Shown in pieces: positions 39,886 through 52,654 of a stretch of 64,000 nucleotides of DNA. The stretch is taken from positions 69,750,001 to 69,814,000 of the forward strand of contig OZ024744.1 in assembly GCA_964016885.1 (NCBI GenBank), in the 5' to 3' direction. The notes under the pieces are model-generated. The model made no database searches. It was not told the DNA's origin and saw only the letters and a program-made list of their open reading frames with translations. The stretch's first letter is position 1. Each line of letters starts with the position of its first letter. A program made the translations under genes and the position numbers. This stretch comes from Eledone cirrhosa. Its lineage: Eukaryota.

Positions 39886-40351
39886 CTCACTCTGCCTTTT
39901 TCCTTTATCCTATTTCTTCCTCTCTCTCTCTATCTCTCTCACTCTACTTCTCCGTTCTCTTTCTCGTTTTACACGAGCAGTTCCTCTCTCTATCTCTATC
40001 TCTTTCTGTATCTCTATCTCTATCTCTATCTCAATCTCTTTCTGTATCTCTATCTCTATCTCTACCCCCTCACTCTCTATATCTCCTCTCTCACTTTCTA
40101 TCTCTGTCTCACTCACTCCCCCCCCCCACATCCTTTTACCCCCTCTCTCTCTCTCTCTCCTCCCCTCTTCTCCCTCTCTCCTTCAGTCACTCTCTTTCTC
40201 ATCTTTTCACTCTCACCACCTTAAGTTAATGTGAAAGCACGTCATGGGTTGGCTGTGATGCGTTCTTAAGCAGTATGTCCGATTGAATGAATGAATGAAA
40301 GCGCGCGCACGCCTGCGTATGTGCGCGTGAATGTATATGGGTGTATGCATA

Positions 40352-40432
<81 letters not shown>

Positions 40433-40497
40433 TGCCCCCTGTTTCCTTGATCTCGAGACTTTTATATTACACCTTTTTTTCACTCTGTATCTCCCTG

Positions 40498-40534
<37 letters not shown>

Positions 40535-40615
40535 TACATTTATTGTATTCAGCCATGTAGAGCGAACATTTTTTTAATTTATTTTTATATATATATATAT
40601 ATAAATTTAAAAAAA

Positions 40616-40655
<40 letters not shown>

Positions 40656-40847
40656 AACCAGTAAGACCCCGACAGCTGAGCTCAAGCCGTTTCGACGGCT
40701 AATTCTGGCTAAGTCCAGAATTAGCCGTCGAAACGGCTTGAGCTCAGCTGTCGGGGTCTTTGGTTCCTATTACCCACTCTACTACCTCAAGTATTGAGTA
40801 CTTTGGTGCGTTATGGTCCACCTGGTTCCTTACCACATTTCCTTCGT

Positions 40848-40884
<37 letters not shown>

Positions 40885-41179
40885 ATATATATAGGAGAAA
40901 GTATGACCCCGACGGCAGAGCTCAAGCCGTTTCGCCGGCTATTTCTGGTAAGAGTTTTTTTAGTCTAAATTTTTTTAGACTAAAAAAAACTCTTACTTTA
41001 GTCCAGAAATAGCCGTCGAAACGGCTTGAGCTCTGCCGTCGGGGTCATACTTTTTCCTATTTCCTACTCTACTACCCTAAGTATTGAGTACTCTGGAGCG
41101 TTATGGTCCATCTCGTTCCTTACCACAACTCCTCCGTTATATACAGTATATATATAATTACATATATATATATATACAT

Positions 41180-41470
41180 ATATGCAAAAGTTCTATTTAA
41201 ATTGTTGGGATACAACAAGCAAATATTTTTATAACTGATATAAAGCACTCAACAAGTATTTGGAGTAAACATACGATATTAACAAATGGAAACTATATTT
41301 ATAAAACCATATTTATTTCATTATACATATTTTAAGGGTATGTCAATATTTATTTATAAAACTGATCTATATTATATTTTGTCTGATGAAAGCAAACCAT
41401 AATTTAACTTGGTGTCCTTGAAATATGTATAATGAAATAAATATGGTTTTATAAATATAGTTTCCATTTA
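41180..41470. mobile_element. Family B head-to-head pair, hammerhead at 41375-41439 (+)
   Basis: The left arm is the inverse 3' part. The right arm has CTGATGA…GAAA-TATGTA-TA-ATGAAATA. Confidence 0.72.
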
Positions 41471-41958
41471 TATATTTACATATATATATATACTATAAAG
41501 TATGCCCATAGAATCATTTGATAATATATATACATCATTTCCTCACCCAATTAGCATAATTAACCACACAAAAAAAATTAATTAGACCAGGCTATAAGAT
41601 TAAAAGGCACCTATGAAGAAACAGTAAATAAATAAACGATAGCAATCTCTTCGCGATCAACAGCTATAGAATATTTACCCAACATTTCAACAGCACGTGG
41701 AAATAAATTAAATATACGGTCAACCATACACAATTAGGTATAAAATTAAAGTTAGAAATGCTTATATACCAGGATTATATTGAATTGGCAGTATCGGTAG
41801 AGGGTTGCACGCCATGCTTTCCAGCATAGTTACGTCTCTTTACGATCTGAGTTCAAATCCCGCCGAGGTTGACTTTGCCTTTCATCCTTACGAGGTCGAT
41901 AAAATAAAGTACCAGTAATGCACTGGGTAATTGCTGGCCTTGTGCCTAAAGTAGAAAC

Positions 41959-41991
<33 letters not shown>

Positions 41992-41994
<3 letters not shown>

Positions 41995-42363
41995 TGTACC
42001 CAGAATTCGTGGTCCTGACATTCGCTTCACGGTTATTCGCGGAATTTTCCTTAGAATCTAATTGATAATTGTCCGTGGAGAGGACCGCATATTCGCGGAA
42101 TCGTAAATATCTTCCGCGGTTTTTTTATGCCCTTTTTCGTGGTAATATATATATTTTTAACACTAAATTATTAATAACAAAATACCATATTTGCCGGCCT
42201 ATTGGACGCCCCTTCGGAAAAGACGCTCACTCTTTTTTAATTATATTTTTCGTTATATTTTCACGTTTAGAGGTATATTTATGGAACACGTCCAATATTC
42301 GCTGTTTTTCGCTCTTTGCGGGTGCTCTAGTAACGTGACCCCGCGAATACCGGGGAACAACAT
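41992..42363 (-). mobile_element. Tigger/pogo-like MITE
   Basis: Degenerate TIRs. Homologous to 21376-21695. Confidence 0.6.
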
Positions 42364-42429
42364 GCACACATACGTACATATAACAACATACACACATACG
42401 TATATGCAACATGTACATACGTACATATA

Positions 42430-42935
42430 TATGTGTGTGTATGTATGTATATATATATACTACTGTACGTCTGTACACATATATGTATGTACGTATACAT
42501 ACTTATATTTAAGTATCAGCCGTACTAAGAGTGAGAAATGAAATTTCGTTTCATTTTTTCCGTTTATCGTTTTCGGTGCGGCCGGCCGATTAACTCACTC
42601 GATATGCAAATTAGGCTGCTCAGCCGTTAATATGCATAAGGAAAGTATATACTTTCAGACGTTCAATCATCTGGCAGGAAGGTATACGTTGCTGACGATA
42701 GCTAATAAGCTTGAAACAAGAACAGCGTTCCTTTGTCATTGTTGAACAAATGAGCAACGATGGTTGCTAGACACTACGGCTTAATACGGGATGTTTGTTT
42801 ACAAACACACCGAGCATTATAATAAATGTTCGGTGAATCCATACGTATATATATATATATGTGTGCATGTATATATATATACATACTACTGTACGTCTGT
42901 ATACATATATGTATATACGTATACATACTTATATA
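42430..42935 (+). mobile_element. Diverged family A unit (degenerate hammerhead at 42686-42728)
   Basis: ACGTTG-CTGACGA-tAGCTaataAGCTt-GAAA-CAAG-AA-CAGCGT. Confidence 0.75.
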
Positions 42936-43004
42936 TATATGTATACGTACATACATATATGTATACAGATATATATATACATATATATATACAGATATAT
43001 ATAT

Positions 43005-43071
<67 letters not shown>

Positions 43072-43076
<5 letters not shown>

Positions 43077-44392
43077 AAAATGGGGAGAAAATACTGCTGG
43101 TAGCACATGGATAACATGTAATAAAATAAGTCCCTCATCAGTGATTTGCCGACGATCATAGATATTTCATTGCATTAAAAATCATATACCTCACGTCGGT
43201 GCAATAATAACTAAATTAAGTTATTAGGACAATTAAAACGCGTAAAGCGAGTGAGACAGGAAAACAACAAAGAGTAGAGCTAACCGTAGAAGGAAGGAAA
43301 CGAGCTTCATAGTTATTCTGTTAGCATAAGCTAGGTGAATATATGAGCGCTTAGAAAAAAGACCTTTCGCGAACGAATGCAATGTGAGAAAGAGAGAAAT
43401 TGCCTTCGTCGCGAACGGGGTGAAGTGAGGAGAGGAGAAACAGTGAGTGAGTGAGTGGAAGTGTGAGGAAGAGTTAACTGACATGACAGAGGGGGCGAAA
43501 GAAAGTAGGAGAAACAGAGAGAGTGAGGGAGCAGTAAGAGAGAGAGAGAGAAAAAAACAGAATCGCAGTTTAGGTAAATATATGTGATAAAATGGGAAGA
43601 AAAATACTGCTGGTAGCACATGGATAACATGTAATAAAATAAGTCCCTCATCAGTGATTTGCCGACGATCATAGATATTTCATTGCATTAAAAATCATAT
43701 ACCTCACGTCGGTGCAATAATAACTAAATTAAGTTATTAGGACAATTAAAACGCGTAAAGCGAGTGAGACAGGAAAACAACAAAGAGTAGAGCTAACCGT
43801 AGAAGGAAGGAAACGAGCTTCATAGTTATTCTGTTAGCATAAGCTAGGTGAATATATGAGCGCTTAGAAAAAAGACCTTTCGCGAACGAATGCAATGTGA
43901 GAAAGAGAGAAATTGCCTTCGTCGCGAACGGGGTGAAGTGAGGAGAGGAGAAACAGTGAGTGAGTGAGTGGAAGTGTGAGGAAGAGTTAACTGACATGAC
44001 AGAGGGGGCGAAAGAAAGTAGGAGAAACAGAGAGAGTGAGGGAGCAGTAAGAGAGAGAGAGAGAAAAAAACAGAATCGCAGTTTAGGTAAATATATGTGA
44101 TAAAATGGGAAGAAAAATACTGCTGGTAGCACATGGATAACATGTAATAAAATAAGTCCCTCATCAGTGATTTGCCGACGATCATAGATATTTCATTGCA
44201 TGAAAAATCATATACCTCACGTCGGTGCAATAATAACTAAATTAAGTTATTAGGACAATTAAAACGCGTAAAGCGAGTGAGACAGGAAAACAACAAAGAG
44301 TAGAGCTAACCGTAGAAGGAAGGAAACAAGCTTCATAATTATTCTGTTAGCATAAGCTAGGTGAATATATGAGCGCTTAGAAAAAAGACCTT
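43072..44392 (-). repeat. Family G: 513-bp tandem array (~2.6 units), each unit with the permuted hammerhead-like motif
   Basis: Motif at 43130-43230, 43643-43743 and 44156-44256. Flanked by (TA)n. Confidence 0.85.
43130..43230 (-). ncRNA. Candidate non-circularly permuted, pseudoknotted hammerhead-like RNA
   Basis: Six helices are conserved with 5907-6007, four of them by compensatory changes. CUGAUGA, GAAA and UH each sit at the helix junctions expected for an HHR. Confidence 0.6.
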
Positions 44393-44394
44393 AG

Positions 44395-44441
<47 letters not shown>

Positions 44442-44776
44442 GTGTGTGTGTTGGTGAATTGGCAGTATCGGTAAAGGGTCTGTCGCCATGCTTTGCAGCA
44501 AAGAGTTACGGCCTTTTATGGTCTGGGTTCAAATCCCGCCGAGGTTAACATTGCCTTTCAACCTTACGGGGTCGATAAAATAAAGTACCAGTAATGCGTG
44601 TATATATGTGTGCATGTACATGTGTATATATAGATTTAGAAATATGTATAAATAACATGTTTTCAGCTTGTAGAAAAATCCCTAGGGATCTAAATGAGAT
44701 GTGTGTGTGTGTATATACATATGTAATGTATGTATATGTATGCGTGTATGTATATATATATATATATATATATACA

Positions 44777-44897
<121 letters not shown>

Positions 44898-44999
44898 CAC
44901 CACCTTCACCACTAATTGATTTGACAGATGTCTTTAACCCATTGATACCAAAAATTATTTGGTCAGTAGTTCGTGTGTATGTGTAAGTATGTATGTACA

Positions 45000-45074
<75 letters not shown>

Positions 45075-45078
<4 letters not shown>

Positions 45079-46625
45079 AATACAATAACAGAGATAGTTT
45101 AAAGCTAAACTCTGACTGGTAACCATCTCACTCAACAAACATTAGGTTATATTTTAATATAAACCCAATTTAAGTGTTTGGGGTGCTAACAATATGTATT
45201 ATGTGGAAAAGCCAGTTGTATTATTTTATGAGATATAATTAAAGTTAAAATATATCTCTCTTTCCAAACAATTGTTTCATTATAAGTTTTCTACAAATTG
45301 GGAGAATATTTCCAGTTTATGTAGAAGCCTAATATACATTCATGTAAGAATATATTTAGGTGGGCACTTATAAATCATCAGTGGAAGCCCATTAAACTTT
45401 GATATAAGAAAAAAATTCTTACCGCAGTTAAAAATCGTGTATGTTAAGTTGCTCCCTCTCGCATCGAATGACCGCCAAATTTGAAATTCCAGTAGTTTTT
45501 GACTGAGGAAGTATTATAGCGTCACGAAGCGGGAAGGGGAGACAACTACGATCCACGAAAGGATGAAAAAAAATAATATACACGCGGGTTAATTAGTTTT
45601 TACGGAAACATTATCAATCCAACGTGTTAAGAACTCAATTGAAATTTTAAAAATAAATATATGCGTGTATAAATTACACACGCATATAGATATTTTCTTA
45701 GGCTAAAATCAGAAGTTGTACCCGAATAAGAGACCGCATCTCATAACCGTAGTAAATACGGAAAGTTATGCTTTAAAGGGCAAATGGGAATGTAAATCTC
45801 CGGCCGAATTAAGAGTAAAATATAAAACACACGCGGGTTATATTAGTTATTTCAAAACCAACATCAATTCCTCGTGTTAAGAACTCAATTAATTTTAAAA
45901 AATAAATGTATGCATGTAATTATATACATAGGCATATATATATTTTCTTAGGTTAAAAAACAGAGAAGTTACAACAACAAAAAAACACAATATCCCACAA
46001 CAGTAATAAATACGGAAAGTCAAATTTATAAGGTACCTGGAAATAAACACCTCTGGCCAATCAAGAGTAAAATATTTAATACAATAACAGAGATAGTTTA
46101 AAGCTAAACTCTGACTGGTAACCATCTCACTCAACAAACATTAGGTTATATTTTAATATAAACCCAATTTAAGTGTTTGGGGTGCTAACAATATGTATTA
46201 TGTGGAAAAGCCAGTTGTATTATTTTATGAGATATAATTAAAGTTAAAATATATCTCTCTTTCCAAACAATTGTTTCATTATAAGTTTTCTACAAATTGG
46301 GAGAATATTTCCAGTTTATGTAGAAGCCTAATATACATTCATGTAAGAATATATTTAGGTGGGCACTTATAAATCATCAGTGGAAGCCCATTAAACTTTG
46401 ATATAAGAAAAAAATTCTTACCGCAGTTAAAAATCGTGTCTGTTAAGTTGCTCCCTCTCGCATCGAATGACCGCCAAATTTGAAATTCCAGCAGTTTTTG
46501 ACTGAGGAAGTATTATAGCGTCACGAAGCGGGAAGGGAAGACAACTACGATCCACGAAAGGATGAAAAAAAAAAATATACACGCTGGTTAATTAGTTTTT
46601 ACGAAAACATTATCAATCCAACGTG

Positions 46626-46628
<3 letters not shown>
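45075..46628 (-). repeat. Family H: 999-bp partial tandem with extended-stem-II hammerheads (45262-45386, 46261-46385)
   Basis: Minus: TTCCA-CTGATGA-tTTATAAGT…~80 nt…ACTTATAAt-GAAA-CAATTG-TT-TGGAA. Confidence 0.72.
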
Positions 46629-46695
<67 letters not shown>

Positions 46696-46701
<6 letters not shown>

Positions 46702-47153
46702 AATGGAAAACTATATTTATAAAACCATATCTATTTCATTATATATATTTCGGGGATATCATATTAACAATATGCTATGCCTTCATCAGACAAAATACAA
46801 TATAAACAGTTTTATAGATAAATATATTCGACATACCGTAATAAACATCGACTTCATTTGAAGAGGTTTACGCTAGCAGTGAAAATACAGAGAGAAAGAA
46901 AGAAAAGAGGGAAAAAAGAAAGAAAGACAAAACGAAGAAAAGGAAGAAAAAGAAGAAAAAGAAAAAGAAAAAGAAGAAATGCATGGAACCAAATAGAGAG
47001 ATGGAAAAACAGATAAAGCGAAGAGCTTCATGTAAAGAGACAGAAAGATATATATATATAGAGAGAGAGAGGAAATAGAGATAGATACATATATATATAT
47101 ATAGAAAATTAGGTAGTGGGAGGTCATTTTGAGTAAGTGTATCAATGATACAT

Positions 47154-47188
<35 letters not shown>

Positions 47189-48372
47189 GCTCAAGTATTA
47201 ATGTAAGGGAGATATATAGAGAGATATAGAGAGATATATAGAGAGAAAAAAATTTAAAAATAGCCAGACATATTCGAGGCGTAGAAAACCCTATGTTTTA
47301 ATGTATTAGTATTTATAAAACTTACACTATATTGTAAATATCAGTATTCCTGAATGAAACAAGTATTCACAATGTGTGAAAATTCATTATCTTATGTTTA
47401 GTTTTAAAAAATTCATATGTTTATGTGACAGCTACAAACATCAATGTGAATCCAACTGATTCACTCTGCAAACTCTAAATAACCGGAAAACATTCTCAAT
47501 GTGGTATAAAAATTTGAGCGTATTATTATTCTTGCGATTACTCTACAAGATTATCTATCAAGCAGAAATAGAGAGCAGATTTCAATATACTAATCAAAAA
47601 TATATATTATATTATAAACAAAACTAAAAATAAAAAGAAAACAATAATAATAATAATAAGTAAAAATATATAAAAATATAGAGTAGAAAACTAAAAAAAT
47701 ATTACGAAAGAATATTACATAATAAAAATATTGCATATTAAAAATACTACGTATTAAAAAATATTACGTATTAAAAATTTACATATAAAAATATTAAAAA
47801 TAAAATAAAAAATAAAAAATATTATAGAATACTACCATACTAAAAGAATAAAAATAAAAATAAAAATAAAAATAAAAATAAAAATAAAAATAAAAATAAA
47901 AATAAAAATAAAAATAAAAATAAAAATAAACCACAAAGAACAACCCTTCAAAGTTAATTGACAATATATTGCCAAGTTCATTACAAGACAAAGCCAAAAA
48001 TTATCTATCAAATCACATCTAGCAAAGAACATCTCAAAAAGATTATGATGTCCAATTATGTCTACATATGTTCCTATATTTAATATAGAAGTTTATCTAG
48101 TGTAAGGTTAATTCAAAAAATTTGGAGCATCGGCTTTTAGGGTAGCTTAATTTTTCATGAGGAATGTTTAGATAAAAATAAAAACACATTGTGAATACTT
48201 GTTTCATTCAGGAATACTGATATTTACAATATAGTGTAAGTTTTATAAATACTAATACATTAAAACATAGGGTTTTCTACGCCTCGAATATGTCTGGCTA
48301 TTTTTAAATTTTTTTCTCTCTATATATCTCTCTATATCTCTCTATATATCTCCCTTACATTAATACTTGAGC

Positions 48373-48407
<35 letters not shown>

Positions 48408-48965
48408 ATGTATCATTGATACACTTACTCAAAATGACCTCCCACTACCTAATTTTCTATATATATATATGTATCTATCTCTATTTCCTCTCTCTCTATA
48501 TATATATATCTCTTTCTGTCTCTTTACATGAAGCTCTTCGCTTTATCTATTTTTCCATCTCTCTATTTGGTTCCATGCATTTCTTCTTTTTCTTTTTCTT
48601 TTTCTTCTTTTTCTTCCTTTTCTTCGTTTTGTCTTTCTTTCTTTTTTCCCTCTTTTCTTTCTCTCTTTCTTTCTCTCTGTATTTTCACTGCTAGCGTAAA
48701 CCTCTTCAAATGAAGTCGATGTTTATTACGGTATGTCGAATATATTTATCTATAAAACTGTTTATATTGTATTTTGTCTGATGAAGGCATAGCATATTGT
48801 TAATATGATATCCCCGAAATATATATAATGAAATAGATATGGTTTTATAAATATAGTTTTCCATTTATTTAATATTGTAAATATACTCCAAATATTTGTC
48901 GAGTGCTTTTATATCAGTTATAAATATTTACTAGTTGTAACCCAACAATTTTAAATATAACTTTC
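46696..48965. mobile_element. Family B-variant element: ~680-bp inverted arms around an ~800-bp spacer, hammerheads at 46732-46797 (-) and 48770-48835 (+)
   Basis: 46696-47377 is the reverse complement of 48184-48870. HHR stem III is ATATATAT. Confidence 0.8.
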
Positions 48966-48966
48966 C

Positions 48967-49094
<128 letters not shown>

Positions 49095-49104
49095 ATATAT
49101 ATAT

Positions 49105-50342
49105 ATTTATTTATTAAAATAACAGATTAAAGTTTAAGCAAAGAATCGCTGCTTTCACCCTTAACGGGATCTTCTGAAACTAACAAAGTCAATCTGTAAA
49201 CGCAGAACTGGATATTTCAAAAAACGTTGCAACCGGAGGAAGACAGGAAGACGATACTTTGGTTCGTGGAAACATTCGCTGGGGCCGTATCCATGAGCGA
49301 TGGAAGGTAGGAGGCTGAATTAAGTGCAAGAATTGCAGGAGGTGGTGCAGTAATGCGTAACTTCAGTATTCAGTAATCAGAAGAAGAGAGGTAGGTGTAA
49401 AAGCCAAACTCGCTATCTCCAATTCGGTATTTGTACCAATCCTTACCTATGGTCATGAATCTTGGGTAATGACCGAAAGAATACGATCGCGAATAGAAAG
49501 CGGCCGAAATGGGGGTTCCTCCGAAGGGTCTTTGGAGTAACGTTACTTGATAGATTGCGTAGTTCGGAGATCAGAGAGTCACTCCAGGTAGAAGCCACTA
49601 CTTCTTCGAATTGAGAGATCACAGCTCCGATACTGTGGACATGTGGTTAGAAGCATACACACACACATATTTATATGTGCGTGGTTTTGTATACCTATGG
49701 TAAGGTTTTGCGTATGCTTGTGTATGTACGTATCTGTTTGCGTGTATGTATTTATTTGTTTCTATTACTTCTGTATTGTATTTATTTACTTTGTTCTTAA
49801 CTCTGTAGCGGAGATTCATTTGGTCTCCTAGTTAGAATTTTAGTCTACGACTTCTGCCATACCATTTACGTGGTTTTGTCTTTGCGTGCTATTGTTCTCC
49901 ACGATCCAAATATGACTTATTATCTTCGTTTTTTTGTTCATTGCCAGAGAACGTCTCTATGCACCACCTAAGAGAACATTAGTCTACGACCTCTTTTATA
50001 CCATAAACGTGGTTCTGTCTTTGCGCGTAATTGTTTTTCACCGCTCCTATTAATGACGTATTATTCGGTTTCCCCCGTTCTTTGCCAGCGAACGTTACCA
50101 CGAACCAAAGTATCGTCTTCCTGTCTTCCTCCGGTTGCAACGTTTTTTGAAATATCCAGTTCTGCGTTTACAGATTGATTTTGTTAGTTTCAGAAGATCG
50201 CGTTAAGGGTGAAAGCAGCGATTCTTTGCTTAAACTTCAATCTGTTATTTAAATAAATATTTGCTCTACGGTTCTTATATATTTGATATATATTTTCCTT
50301 ATCGAGCCCTCTTTGGATTTTAGTCTTCAATTTTATTATTAT

Positions 50343-50345
<3 letters not shown>
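49105..50345. mobile_element. Family N head-to-head pair with a captured RTE fragment
   Basis: 49105-49280 is the inverse of 50089-50260. 49281-49651 is the inverse of 24560-24930. Confidence 0.75.
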
Positions 50346-50385
<40 letters not shown>

Positions 50386-50474
50386 TATATTTGCTGGATT
50401 TCCAACAAATTAAATATCTCTTATATATATATATATTTCGTTTCTGAAGTATAACAATATATATATATATATAT

Positions 50475-50880
50475 AAACGGAAAAAATGAAACGATATTTC
50501 ATTTTCCACTCTTAGAACGGCTGTTACTTAAATACAAGTATGTACACGTACATACATATATGTATACCGACGTACAGTAATATGTATATATATATATACA
50601 TACATGCACACATATATATATGCACGTATGGATTCACCGAACATTTATTATAATGCTCGGTGTGTTTGTAAACAAACATCCCGTATTAAGCCGTAGTGTC
50701 TAGCAACCACCGTTGCTCGTTTGTTCAACACTGACAAAGGAACGCTGTACTAGTTTCAAGCTTCTTAGCTATCGTCAGCAACGTATACCTTCCTGCCAGA
50801 TTGTTGAACGTATATACTTACCTTATGCATATTAACGGCTGAGTAGCCCAATTTGCATATCGAGTGGGTTAATCGGCCGG
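50475..50880 (-). mobile_element. Diverged family A unit with intact hammerhead (50742-50784)
   Basis: Minus: ACGTTG-CTGACGA-tAGCTaagaAGCTt-GAAA-CTAG-TA-CAGCGT. Confidence 0.8.
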
Positions 50881-50893
50881 GTAAACATTTTCC

Positions 50894-50924
<31 letters not shown>

Positions 50925-51873
50925 ATAGGGATCCTCTTTTATTAGAACATCAATTGTTAAAGGTAACTATTTTTGTATCAGATGTTTCTATTTTCTTATA
51001 ATTCCTTTGTTGTTTCCTAAATACTTACGCAATTGAAAAGTTTAAACTTGATCACAGTCGTGTCTTTAAAAACATGTGTCTAGAAGAGAAACAGTTCATT
51101 TTTGGCAGTATCGGTAGAGGGTCGGACGCCATGCTTTGCAGCATAGAGTTACTGCCCTTTATTGTCTGAGTTCTAATCCCGCCGAGGTTAACTTTGCCTT
51201 TCATCCTTACGGGGTCGATAAAATAAAGTACCAGTAATGTACTGGAAATATTTGCTGGCATTGTGCCTAAAGTAGAAAACAACTCTTATCTAATGTGATT
51301 GACTATTATTTGGACGGCTACGTTTGAAATTTCAGACTTTCCCAATTCTTCCTAAGTTAACGTTGTGGGACCCCATTTGCTCATTATACAGAGAGATGGG
51401 GACGATGGCGGTGGGAGTTCGACTCTTCCGTGTTCGGACACATTGCACCTGTCAAGAGTGTATTTTCATAGTTGTTTCATTAATCAACGATCAGTCCAGC
51501 CACTGTCAGTCATGCTCAGAGGTTGAAGATTTAAACTTTTATCCACTGGTTTAAACTCTTCTTTAAAAAAGGAGGAAGTAATAGTTATTAACTCTTTAGC
51601 TAAGTGATTAACAGATTGGCTCGGCATCCGAAGGATGTGAGGTTTGATTCCATACAGGGTCTTCTATTTACTTTTTTTTACAATCATCAGAAGTACTTTA
51701 CCGGATTTTCTCAACTACTATTTATAATTACCGACTATTATAATGACGGGGTCGATAAAATAAAGCACCAGTAATGCACTGGTATTAATTGCTGGCCTTG
51801 TGCCAAAAGTAGAAACAATTATATTGGTCATTTCTGAATTGGAACAGCTACAAATTTCTAATTTCAAACTGTA

Positions 51874-51994
<121 letters not shown>

Positions 51995-52164
51995 AAATAG
52001 AAATATAAGGCTTCGCCGTAACATTTAACTAAATAACATAGTCTTAATAACGGGGCGTATAAACCCTCTAAACGGAAAAACATGGTTGGCAACATACACA
52101 CGCCCACACTCTCACAAACACTCATATATATATATATATATATGTGTGTGTGGAGAGAGAGAGA

Positions 52165-52233
<69 letters not shown>

Positions 52234-52298
52234 CACGCTTCTTTCCTTTACCTTTTTCTACGGAAATACACACACACGCATATATATATATACATATA

Positions 52299-52408
<110 letters not shown>

Positions 52409-52654
52409 TGTTTCTTTATTAGCCACAGGGGCACAAAAGAAGGGGACAAATACAAAGGGGCAAGTTTACATACAATAAAAACGTAAAATATTATCACAAA
52501 TGCAATTTAAAAAATTAGTCGATTTACCCCAATAGGGGGAGACAGTTCATATGGGTAACACATACCCACCTCCCCCCCAAAAAAATGTGCAACCCTCATC
52601 TCCAGGAGTACGAAGAGTTTGTACTCCTTTCCTCTCCTCCTCCTTTTCCTCAAC

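Noticed and set aside
43130-43230. Twister, pistol, HDV-like or box C/D snoRNA reading of the F/G motif
   Set aside because: The helix order does not fit the twister, pistol or HDV topologies, and there is no C/D terminal arrangement. The HHR core junctions fit better.
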